This document shows positions 10,979 to 21,957 of a stretch of 39,292 bases of DNA, piece after piece. Position numbers and translations under genes: made by a program. The stretch is from Octopus bimaculoides. Lineage: Eukaryota. A model generated the notes under the pieces. It was not told the DNA's origin. It saw only the letters and a program-made list of their open reading frames with translations, and searched no databases. Position 1 is the first letter of the stretch. Each line of letters opens with the position of its first letter. The stretch is from positions 138,439,478-138,478,769 of the forward strand of contig NC_068984.1 in the NCBI RefSeq assembly GCF_001194135.2. Reading direction: 5' to 3'.

Positions 10979-11964
10979 NNNNNNNNNNNNNNNNNNNNNN
11001 NNNNNNNNNNNNNNNNNNNNNNNNNNNNNNNNNNNNNNNNNNNNNNNNNNNNNNNNNNNNNNNNNNNNNNNNNNNNNNNNNNNNNNNNNNNNNNNNNNNN
11101 NNNNNNNNNNNNNNNNNNNNNNNNNNNNNNNNNNNNNNNNNNNNNNNNNNNNNNNNNNNNNNNNNNNNNNNNNNNNNNNNNNNNNNNNNNNNNNNNNNNN
11201 NNNNNNNNNNNNNNNNNNNNNNNNNNNNNNNNNNNNNNNNNNNNNNNNNNNNNNNNNNNNNNNNNNNNNNNNNNNNNNNNNNNNNNNNNNNNNNNNNNNN
11301 NNNNNNNNNNNNNNNNNNNNNNNNNNNNNNNNNNNNNNNNNNNNNNNNNNNNNNNNNNNNNNNNNNNNNNNNNNNNNNNNNNNNNNNNNNNNNNNNNNNN
11401 NNNNNNNNNNNNNNNNNNNNNNNNNNNNNNNNNNNNNNNNNNNNNNNNNNNNNNNNNNNNNNNNNNNNNNNNNNNNNNNNNNNNNNNNNNNNNNNNNNNN
11501 NNNNNNNNNNNNNNNNNNNNNNNNNNNNNNNNNNNNNNNNNNNNNNNNNNNNNNNNNNNNNNNNNNNNNNNNNNNNNNNNNNNNNNNNNNNNNNNNNNNN
11601 NNNNNNNNNNNNNNNNNNNNNNNNNNNNNNNNNNNNNNNNNNNNNNNNNNNNNNNNNNNNNNNNNNNNNNNNNNNNNNNNNNNNNTATATATATATATAT
11701 ATATATATGTATGGATGTATGTATATATTGCCAATTACGTGTTATAAACGAGGATAGATTTGTTTCTAACAAGTTTGGTGGAGTGGGTTGCAATCAATGA
11801 AGTCGATATCATTGTTTAACTGGGAATTATTTTATCAACCACGGTAGAATAAAAGACAAGAAATACTTCTGTAGATTTTGAACACAGAATGTTAAGGGGT
11901 AGAACTAAGAAAAAGCAAACGCATTTTATCTGTTGCTCTACCGATTCAAACGACAATGATATCA

Positions 11965-12168
11965 ATGGCTCCAAATTTTGGCCCAAACCAAGCAATTTTA
12001 GGGGAAGTAAGTCGATTATATCGACCCCAGTGCTCAATTAGTACTTATTTTATTTTCCTAGCAAAGTTGAAACGCAGTCGACCCCGGCGGAATTTGAGCC
12101 TATGGACAGACGAAATACCGCTAAGCATTTCGCCCTGCGTACTAACGTTTCTGCCAGCTCGTCGCCCT
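11965..12168 (-). mobile_element. SINE-A copy
   Basis: Family consensus motifs present. Confidence 0.85.
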
Positions 12169-12879
12169 ACCTTACAACAATAATATTAATAAAAAAAAAA
12201 CTGTAACCAGCTTTAGTCTATTAACCAGGCTATGTAATGCCACTGTAGTAAATAGAAAGCGGTACTTAAAATATATTTCTATTTTGCCAGTTTCTTATAT
12301 ATACACACACATACTTTCTGTTTCTCTAAAGTCAACCTTTATTTTCTCTTTTTTTTTCATTCTCTTCCTTTCAATTTCCTCATCTTTTCTTTTTTTTTTC
12401 TCTCACTTCTCATATAAATGTATAATATAATTATAATGATTATGTATATAAGACCTTATATACAGTAATATACATTAGGATATACATTCGAATATAATAT
12501 ATATACACAGCTGCACTTGTGTGTGTGTATGTTTTTATGAGTTTTGCGTGCATGGTGACTAAGCGTGTATATATGTGAATACAAGGGCATATAGCTACGC
12601 GTGTATGTTTGCAGAAATGTTTATGCGAGCGGTACGGTTTTTTCAGAAACAGTTTATATAAAAGGAAGACTATGTGAAGCTATCTATACACACATACTAA
12701 CAAGATGAGACTAGTTGCTGACATATTTATTAGAGGGAGTGAATAAAATTTACATCGCTTAGGATCGTCCAGAATGAGGCCAAGAACGCTTTATAAAATA
12801 TTCCCTTCCATTAGAAACGAAATGGTTTCATATCAATCAGCCTCTAACTTCTCTTTTCTCATTCTTCCTCTTCAAGTAT

Positions 12880-12974
12880 ATCTATCTATCTATCTGTCTA
12901 TCTATCTATCTATCTATCTATCTGTCCATCCGTCCGTCTGTCTGTCTGTCTGCCTGGCTGTGTCTATCAAACTG

Positions 12975-13013
<39 letters not shown>

Positions 13014-13096
13014 NNNNNNNNNNNNNNNNNNNNCTCCCTCTCTCTCTCTCCCCCTCTCTCTCTCTATCTATCTGTGTGTGTCTATCAAACTTTCGC

Positions 13097-13131
<35 letters not shown>

Positions 13132-13162
13132 GTCTGTCTGTCTGTCTGTCTGTATGTATGTA

Positions 13163-13193
<31 letters not shown>

Positions 13194-13195
13194 GC
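12880..13195. repeat. (TCTA)n/(TCTG)n/(CT)n compound microsatellite
   Basis: Seen directly. Confidence 0.95.
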
Positions 13196-13271
13196 ATAGT
13201 ATATTCTATCACTTTCCTTATTCGCTCCAAAATGACACTGATCTTACTTTTTTGTTTCTTTGTTTTACAAG

Positions 13272-13327
13272 ATGGCGGCCTTCTCTCAGCACACACCTCC
13301 AACACAAGGACATGTCACGTGATCTGA
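13272..13327 (+). other. Candidate terminal coding exon ending ...TRTCHVI* (CaaX-like); speculative
   Basis: Branch-point-like CTGAT at about 13238, pyrimidine tract 13243-13268, AAG acceptor 13269-13271; non-repetitive sequence follows. No homology recognised. Confidence 0.25.
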
Positions 13328-14761
13328 ACCTTTAACACGCGGGTCACCTTCAAAAAGTCTTAATGTTTGCAGCAGAATAGCACTGTTTACAAAATCTTCC
13401 TCTTGAGTTTGGCACTCGTATGTGCTAAGGAAATTAAGCTCGGCAATATGGCAACAAGCTGCCCTTCCCCAATGCCAGAACATTGATTATAATAAACGTA
13501 ACAAGAGGCGGCCTTTGTTTACCTTTGAGACCGTTTGCCATCCCATTCACTTTCACACAAATCTTTGTTTCTGTAATTCAAGAGGGTGGAGAGAAAACGG
13601 CTTTCAACTCACAAAAACTTTCATCTGTTGATGTTGCCGACGCCATCAATACCATTATTATAATTATCACTGGTTTTACTTAAACAATCTTTCAAATACA
13701 GCCTAATAACATTATCATTGGCTGTTTGATGTGTTGGATCAAATCGCTTGGCCTGCGTAAACTAAGTACGGCCATGGAGTTTTACTCAGAAAGCAGTAAA
13801 GAAAAAAAGAAAATGGTTTAGTATGGGAGGGATATTCTTTTAAAGATAACAGGATACTAAAAAGCTATCTAAAGTGTTTCAGACGAAGAAATTTAACCAT
13901 TCTTATCTACTTGAATGAATTAAAATTGTAAAGAGGCAAACAAAAAGAACAGAGAAGTGTTAAGTAAACGACCAATGCCTTTAGTGAATGTTATTCTCAC
14001 AACGAAAATGGGCATCAAAAGCAGGTTAAATAAATTGGATTCGTCGTAGTTTTATTACTGTTATACAGCTTTCAAGTTATTTCTAACAAACCCGACCAAT
14101 GAGAATTTCATTTGTAATCTAAAGAGGGAAGAGAATTTTATTTACAATTTTGGGATTATCTCTACATAAACCTCTTTTGATAACGATTTGTCTTATTTTG
14201 TTTTTCAGAAGTCACATCAATGTAATAATCGATATTAGGCAAAGTGTATCTACAGAAAGAGTTAATGCTTTGCAATGTTGGACCCTCTCGTCGTTTCGAC
14301 CAATGAGAGTTCAACAAAGACAAAGCTACAGTGTAGGACTGTAGAAAATGACCATTGCTCTGCGGCCGTTTGAGTGCAGTGTCAAAGCTGAAGACTTCGA
14401 GTAGCATCTTCCACTTTCCTCACGATTGCCACTAGACTTACGAAGAAAGTGTGATGGTGTTGATACTGGTGTCTTGGCTTGCTGGAAAACCTGCACGGTA
14501 AATATCATTATAGTGGGTTTGGCTTACGCAGGGCCGGTCCCACTCATTCTTAAATTGGTCTGGGGCAACAAGTGTCATGAGCCGAATCATTATCAGGATA
14601 CAGAACTGGTATGCAGTTATATCCTCTTCGATGAACAGCTAAGGAGCTGAAAGGGCTCATCTGCCTTGAGTATGTTGGGGGTCACTATGAGGGACTATTT
14701 GGAGGCAATGACTTGCAACAACGGTTCTCAAACTGCCAACAAGACTTGGTGAAGATATCAG

Positions 14762-15417
14762 GGATTTATTTTAAAACGGGGGCGCCAGTATTTTCTTAAC
14801 GAAACACTAAAGAAACACTTTGAAACTTGGGACACTGGTAGAATGTGTCATATAAAACATCTTTTACTCTTAGTCTTCTTAACAAAAAAAAAGGAATTCG
14901 CAAGTTATTCCATGTTAAAGTTGTCGTATTTCTGTAATTTCAACCAATCACTGACGTCTATTCAGCTGAATAGAGTTACTGCTGTCCGGTCATAAAAATG
15001 TTATTCCCTGTGACATATTTCATCCGGTTTAATCGTAATTTATACGCATATATTGTTTATATAATAAATTACGCTGTGCGTATCTATGTGTGTAACAATT
15101 TTAGAGTTCGGATTCTAGAGTTAGGGTTAGGGTTAGGGTTAGGATTAGGGTTAACAGTCTAGTTAGGGTTAGGGTTAGGGGATTAATACGATATACACCG
15201 TTACAGCGCTAACTGTTTTCAACTGAATAGACGTCAGTGATTAGTAGAAATTATCGAAATAAGACAATTTTTTACATGAAATAAATTCGAATACAAAAAT
15301 ATTTTTCTGTTCTATAACACAAAATAGATAAGTATACGAAGTTTGAAAGTCTTTCGGTACCAAAAACACTACATAAAACATAAATGAAAACTGGCGCCCC
15401 CGTTTTAAAATAGATCC
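14762..15417. mobile_element. Foldback MITE (Merlin-like), 656 bp, with 8-bp TSD and internal TTAGGG repeats
   Basis: Terminal IR GGAT(T/C)TATTTTAAAACGGGGGCGCCAGT; perfect TSD gatatcag at 14754-14761 and 15418-15425; inner IR 14896-14970 versus 15218-15292. Confidence 0.9.
15121..15180 (+). repeat. Interstitial telomere-type (TTAGGG)n inside the MITE
   Basis: 7 perfect TTAGGG units, one TTAGGA and a 12-nt interruption. Confidence 0.95.
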
Positions 15418-15807
15418 GATATCAGTAAAGGGCTTTGCTCTATTTCCCTAAAATTTATTGAAGAGAAGATGAAATAATTTGTATCCATAAAATTCTTTTT
15501 TGCCATGGTACTTTTGAAGACCATTTTAATTTCATTAAACATGGCAATTTGTCCATCTCCTTTGCGATCTTCAGACGTCCTCCAGGTGAGGCCTCTCTTT
15601 GTCAAAAGCACTGCTTCACAATATTTATTACGTTAGAAAGAAAATCCTGTCGTATTATCACTTTGAAGATATTATAACAATACTTACGATAAAATGAGCA
15701 TTCATTTAAAATTTCTAATGTATATTTTCTTTGCATATTAATTTACAAAATAATGATTCAATTCGTATCAATTTTACTCTTTACAAAGGAATTTAGATCA
15801 GGCCTGT

Positions 15808-16250
15808 ATCAGACACTGCATGCCGTTTGAATTCGTAACTGGCTTTTCAGCTTCGGAAGCGACAAGACACATTTGTTCTGTCCATGGAAATGAATCTTTG
15901 AGTGTCTGGGCATGTGATCAATTTCGCCCAGGAAATTTTTCTTTCACTGATTCCCCCTCGATCTGGACGATCAATGTTGAGATTCTGAAAACTGTCGATG
16001 AGAAAAAAATCTAAAAAGAAAACTGCCCAAATTTAGCAAAACAGTCCGCTTCAAGTCGAACTTCGATGATCACAAAACACTCTCATGAACTTGGAAATGT
16101 GCCTAAACTCGGCCAGTGATTCCCCCACTATCTGAGTGCTTCTTAGCTTAAGGAAAGAAGTTACCTTCTGCTCATCACCGGAGAGTAGAGTTGATACCGA
16201 ACCTTTCTCGGGTAGAATCATTGCATATAATAAAGACACTCAATGAAAAA
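15808..16250 (+). pseudogene. Decayed mariner transposase, N-terminal HTH region
   Basis: IRHCMPFEFVTGFSASEATRHICSVHG...FRPGNFSFTDSP, HELGNVPKLGQ*FPHYLS and PFSGRII align with mariner motifs, including WVPHxL; stops and frameshifts present. Confidence 0.85.
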
Positions 16251-16324
16251 AGAGAGTCCAACGCCAAACCTGTGTTAAACCAAAACAAAACAGTTACAGC
16301 GAAGTATTGTCATCGATTGGAAGT

Positions 16325-16552
16325 ATTCTTTTACTCTTTTATTTTTGCTTCCGTCATTTGACTGCGGCCATGCTGGAGCACCGCCTTTAGTCAAACAAAT
16401 CGACACCGGGACTTATTCTTTGCAAGCCTAGTACTTATTCTATCGATCCGTTTTGCCGAACCGCAAAGTTACGGGGACGTAAACACACCAGTATCGGCTG
16501 TCAAGCGATGTTGGGGGGACAAACACAGACACACACATAAACATATATACGT

Positions 16553-16585
<33 letters not shown>

Positions 16586-16743
16586 CGACGGGCTTCTTTC
16601 AGTTTCCGTCTGCCAAATCCACTCACAAAATTTTGGTTAGACTTAAGCTATAGTAGAAGACACTAGCCCAAGGTTCCACACGGTGGGACTGAACACAGAA
16701 CCATGTGGTTGGTATCAGGCTACTTACCACACAGCCACTCCTG
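16325..16743 (-). mobile_element. SINE-B, near full length, with internal (TA)n/(CA)n
   Basis: Head gagtggctgtgtggtaagtagc...ggttctgtgttcagtccc on the minus strand, body and tail all present. Confidence 0.92.
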
Positions 16744-16764
16744 AATCCGTCACATATATATATA

Positions 16765-16774
16765 TATGCATACA

Positions 16775-16805
<31 letters not shown>

Positions 16806-16859
16806 CTATATTGAAGACATGCATATATACATGTAGATGCACTCAGATTATTTATATAG

Positions 16860-16900
<41 letters not shown>

Positions 16901-17110
16901 GTCCCTTACAATTTGTATCTTATATATGAATACGAATAAGTATGTCTTAATATATGCCATGAGTTTTGTTTATACATATACATGTGTGTTAAATATACGT
17001 GTTGTGTGTATGCGTGCATGTGTGAACCTGTGTGTGTTTGTGTGTGCTCGTGTGTGTGTGTGTGTGTGTGTGTGCATGTGTGTGTGTGTGTGCATGTCTG
17101 TTTACGTGCG
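16765..17110. repeat. (CATA)n/(TG)n microsatellites
   Basis: Seen directly. Confidence 0.9.
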
Positions 17111-17747
17111 TGTGCAACAAGTGATTCTGTTCTCAAGAAAGCAGAAGCCACTCGCTATGAAAGGCTGTTTTGTGTGTTTCGGACAATTTAGATCATGAGA
17201 AAGCCGAGTGAAAACCGATTAACGTCCGAACGCACGCCAGCAGACAGCCGGGTGCCTTTCAATTTACCCGTGAATATGAGATAGCAATGCATTCGTTTTA
17301 ACAGCAGAACATGTGTGTCTAAGTATTAAAATAACAAATATGAATTAACTACTTAACGACTATGCTAGATACAGATTCAAAATTGTGAGAAAAATTAGTT
17401 TTTTGATGTGAAAGATATTNNNNNNNNNNNNNNNNNNNNNNNNNNNNNNNNNNNNNNNNNNNNNNNNNNNNNNNNNNNNNNNNNNNNNNNNNNNNNNNNN
17501 NNNNNNNNNNNNNNNNNNNNNNNNNNNNNNNNNNNNNNNNNNNNNNNNNNNNNNNNNNNNNNNNNNNNNNNNNNNCGCATTAAACCAATGTATTAAAACG
17601 ATTTATTTATGTCTAAGATTACGATGATATATCTGTCTCTTTTTGGTTTTCATTCTACCTCTTAAAGCTTTATATTATTGAAGGCATCGAGAATATTTTG
17701 AAACATTGGAGAACTTGCGTGTTTTCTACCTTCTGTAGTCCGTAACT

Positions 17748-17920
17748 TGTTTTATTCATTAGACTGCGGCCATGCTGGGGTACCACCTTGAAGAATTTTA
17801 GTCGAACGAATCGACCTCACTACTTACATTTTTTAAAGAATGATACTTATTTTATTAGTCCTTTTTGCCGAACCGCTATACTAAGGGCACGTAAACACAC
17901 CAGCACTGGTTGCCAAGCAG
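17748..17920 (-). mobile_element. SINE-B 3' fragment
   Basis: gactgcggccatgctggggtacc...ttttgccgaaccgcta...gtaaacacaccagcactggttgccaagc. Confidence 0.85.
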
Positions 17921-18485
17921 TGGTTTCGAGTTCGGTTCCATTGCGCAACACCTTGGGCAATTATCTTCTACTATAGCCCCAGATCAAGCACTACCTTCTG
18001 AGTGGACTTAGTAGACAGAAACAGTAGGGAAACCCGTCTTATATATGCGTGCGTGTCTTAATTTTTGCGTTTTGTCTCCACCCAGTGCTTGACAATCGGT
18101 GTTGGTTTGTTTACATCTCCGTAGCTTAGCAATTCGGCAAAACAGAACTATACAATAAGTAGGAGATTTAAAAAATGAGCAGTGAGGTTAATTTGTTCGA
18201 TTAAACCTTTTAACCCTTTTGCTTTTAAAGCGGCCATATCTGGCACAAATATTCCATCTGTTTTATCTTCAAACCTGCTAGATCTGGCCTCTCACACTTA
18301 CACTACAATGTCACTCTAAACATAAATAATCCCATCATTGAAATCTTGCAGCTATAATATAACACATGATTAATTCAAACAATGTGAATGAATAAGCATT
18401 ATATTCAACTCAGTAATCTGAATGCTAAAGGGTTCGAGCGGCACACCAGCATGGCCGTAGTCCAACGACTGAAACAAGCGAAAGA
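17921..18485 (+). mobile_element. SINE-B (5'-truncated) interrupted by a piggyBac-like MITE
   Basis: Body at 17921-18209; tail resumes at 18433 with gcggcacaccagcatggccgtagtc...gactgaaacaag. Confidence 0.8.
18214..18432. mobile_element. piggyBac-like MITE
   Basis: TTAA|CCCTTTTGC at the left end and GAATGCTAAAGGG|TTCG at the right; CCC/GGG termini and a TTAA target (right copy mutated). Confidence 0.75.
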
Positions 18486-19219
18486 CGTCAAAAGATTACT
18501 GCAAAGGAAGTTATTTTCACAAGTGTATTGTGCAGCGATGTGGCTGTTTGTTGCTGCAGGCATTATAAAACATTACTGTCAGTATGTATAACCGCTGCAC
18601 AACATCAGATCTTCTTCAGTTCTTTGGACCACACAGCAGAATATTTTCTCAGCAAACAAACGACACATGTAGTAAAAAAGAAAAATTAAATTAAAAAAAA
18701 ATAAAGAGAAATAAAATAAAATAAAATAAGATAAAATAAAACTGACCCAGTTCCTTCTACAAAATATGACAGAAACATTTAGTTGATAAGTTGTACAACA
18801 TTTTAACATTTCAGATTGATATATAACTCAGACAAGGGTTAAAGTTTTAAACTAATATTAGGGACAATACAATCGCTATCTGTATTGGGGCTTGCAGCGT
18901 TTTCAAACCACAAAACCAACGAAAATTACAAGCGAGGTTTTGCTCTGAATAAAGGGTATATGAGCCGGCTCGATAATAGCTTAACCCTAATACGACCTCT
19001 AATTAGTTGATGTACGTTTTATTTATATTTCTTAAAAATCGTCACACAGTACAGTAAAAACCAGATATATCACAGTTTAACCCCTCCTTCATCTGATGGA
19101 AACCAGATTTTCATCAGCGGTTGAGTGAGACCACACTTTTTGAAACACACATATCTGTACAAACACACACACACACGCGCGCGCATCTATATATAATTAC
19201 AGAGACATAGACAACCATA

Positions 19220-19645
19220 CATGTATGTTTTGTATGTATGTATGTATGTGCGTATAAAACGCTTACATGTGAATATAAACAAGAATTCATTCATGCCTAC
19301 ATTGAACCATACATACATACATACATACATACATACATACATACATACATACATGCATACATACATACACACACACACATACATACACACACATACATAC
19401 ATGCATACAAACATACACACACATATATACATGCATACATACATACATACACATGCATACATACATACATACATACATACATACACACATACATACACAC
19501 ACATACATACATGCATACAAACATACATACATACACATGCATACATACATACATAGAAATATATGTGAGCATACGAACAATACATGAATCTGCAGGAAAA
19601 CGAAGAAGAAGAAGAAGAAGAAGAAGAAGAAGAAGAAGAAGAAGA
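19220..19645. repeat. (CATA)n/(CA)n array followed by (GAA)n
   Basis: Seen directly. Confidence 0.95.
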
Positions 19646-19804
19646 ATCCTTATCGTAGTGAGACCACTGCCTGAAGATTTTCCTGCTAACCTTACGTATC
19701 TTTGACAAGATCAGATCCACTGTAATCACATTTTAAATTAACGCTTAAAAACTTAATTATCTACCGAACTGGAATTGATCCCGCTAAATTCATTTTCTCC
19801 TGCT

Positions 19805-19836
<32 letters not shown>

Positions 19837-20814
19837 TTCCCGCCCTCCACAATTTCGGCGCCTCTCCACTCGGCTATACTAACAACTGATGAGACGTCAA
19901 TGTAGAGCTTTTTGAGGTTTTCTTTTCTTCTTTTCTTGTGTGTGTTTTAAGTTTTAAAGTTATTAATATAACCTTAGTGAATAAACGCTTGTCTTCACGC
20001 GTAACCTTAGATTCCGCCAGTTTCCTTTGATAACAGCTGATGTAATAGTTCTTATTTCCTCATAGTCACAGCACAACATTACTAAATCCATTAATAATAC
20101 TGCCTCGTCTAACCGTCATACAACGCCATTCATAATTATAAAGCAATGTTTATTCTGCCAGTGAGTGAGAGGTCATTGATATCAAAATGGTGTTCGAGTA
20201 AAGTTTATGTATATATATATTTTGTATATTAAATATATAGCTTATTTTATTTCATTTTATTTATTGCGAGATAGCGTGGCGGAGATTCTAAAAGAGAGGA
20301 ATAATTGAGAATAATTGCAGGTCAGACAGCAAGAGATAAATTAGCTATAAACGTTTTAGTTATCTATAGCCCTACTGACTTGTGTATTGTGAGTTCGTTT
20401 CACGCCGCTGGCGATATTACATTTTCCTGAGGAAACTCAACCTGTTAAACAATTTATGTCTAATTGTGAATAAATTACCTTATTATACCAATAGATGGGT
20501 AGATAACACTGATAGAAACTAAATAAAATAGCAATGATTATATATGCTTTTACTTATTACGAGAAAATAAACCACTACTAGTTGTCGAGCGATGGTGACG
20601 GAAAAAAAAACAAACCTACAACACAAACACTATCCTACAGATGCACTTTCACATCAAACTTTCTATCATAGGGATACATTATTTATACATAATACTTTTC
20701 TTGCAAGCTCGCTTGCTATGCTGTGCTGGGGAGAGATCTACCGAATTGATTTACTTCTGGCTGATCTGAAAATGACAAATGAAGAGAGACACAGGAAAAT
20801 TTGCAACGCTGTTA

Positions 20815-20821
20815 TCATCAT

Positions 20822-20875
<54 letters not shown>
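20815..20875. repeat. (CAT)n(CAG)n trinucleotide repeat
   Basis: Seen directly. Confidence 0.95.
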
Positions 20876-20876
<1 letters not shown>

Positions 20877-20959
20877 CACTGGTCATGACTGTCTCGAGTT
20901 CGAGGACTCTTAAGACTGACGTGTTATTTGATCTCAACATTTTCCCAGAATTGAAGTCA

Positions 20960-21215
20960 GTCCGTCGCAAGGTGACTCATTTACAGCTGAGCGGGCTTGA
21001 AGAACGTGAAAAAAAAAAAGTGTTTTACTGAAGAACATAACGCAACAACCGGTCCGGGAAGCGAAACCACGGGTCGCCAGTCCGTCGCAGGTTGGCTCAT
21101 TTCCAGCCGAGTGAACTCGAACAGCGTGAAATGAAGTGTTTTGCCTAAGAACACAATGCATCACCCAGCCTGAGAATCGAAACCATGATCTTGTGATCGT
21201 GAGTGCAACTCCCTA
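20960..21215 (-). mobile_element. Two tandem degenerate SINE-C fragments with T1-type tail start
   Basis: cagtccgtcgca...ctcattt.cagc.gag....ct.gaa...cgtgaaa occurs twice (about 20960-21065 and 21070-21215). Confidence 0.7.
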
Positions 21216-21374
21216 TCAAAATTTCAGGCTTTGCGTTATGTGATAAACAATCATAAAAACCGACTTGGGCTTATTATATAAAACAAAGCTAAAAGGAAAT
21301 TGAGATGCTGTGACGTTTATGCCTTTCTCCAACTGTGTTGTTGGTGCACGTAAAATACCAGGTTGAGTCAACAA

Positions 21375-21957
21375 ATATTTTTTGGATTTTCGCTGGTGAT
21401 ACTTGGCATCTTGTATCTCCATGTTGTATCATTAATTTGATACAATTTTTGTTCATTCGTTGCTGAATTGGCGGAATTTTGATGGGATGTTGCACTCTGA
21501 CCTTGTCCCAGATGGTCCCGCTGTGAGCTCGAACCTTTATGCTCAGCAACTGCCACGACTATATGATGCCTTGAAAGCCTGCTACCCGGCGTTGATCAAT
21601 CGAAAACGCCCCTGCTACTCGGCATTGACCATTCGAAGACGCGTACTCCTTTAATATTACAATACTCCAGCACAAACTACCAATGTGCCTAAGCTCAAAC
21701 TTGAGAAACTTGTAACGCCAGAAGTATTGCCTCTTCCTGTCTATACTCCAGGTCCTACATCCCCAGATTACCAGCTCTTCCGAGCCACGGCTCATTTCCT
21801 GCACTGACGGAGGGTGAACAACGTGGATAAGGTTGAAAACGGTTGCGGGGAGTTTTTTGCGAATAAACCATCCAAATAGTATAAATGTGGAACTGTGCTT
21901 CTGACACAACGATAACAACAGACAACAGAATATGATGGAATATATTTTGATGAATAA
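21375..21957 (+). pseudogene. Decayed mariner transposase, catalytic and C-terminal part
   Basis: WRNFDGMLHSDLVP...LYAQQL...YPALINRKR, YNTPAQT (DNAPAHT-like), YTPGPTSPDYQLFR (YSPDLAPSDYHLFR-like), EYDGIYFDE*; several stops. Confidence 0.88.

Noticed and set aside
9167-11800. Long ORFs spanning N runs (also 25509-26776, 32712-33639, 35262-36269)
   Set aside because: Artefacts of translating gaps as X.
14830-14850. CACTGGTAGAAT resemblance to miR-183/263
   Set aside because: The seed is absent and the sequence lies inside the MITE arm.
20094-20115. TAATACTGCCT match to the miR-8/miR-200 5' end
   Set aside because: Only 11 nt match and there is no complementary arm for a hairpin.
20801-21031. 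Poly-H/poly-Q ORF
   Set aside because: A (CAT)n(CAG)n microsatellite reading into SINE remnants.
16250-21375. Idea that the two plus-strand mariner fragments are one element split by insertions
   Set aside because: Both appear to include the FLxRIxTGDE region, and the 5 kb between them contains unique DNA not explained by nested TEs.
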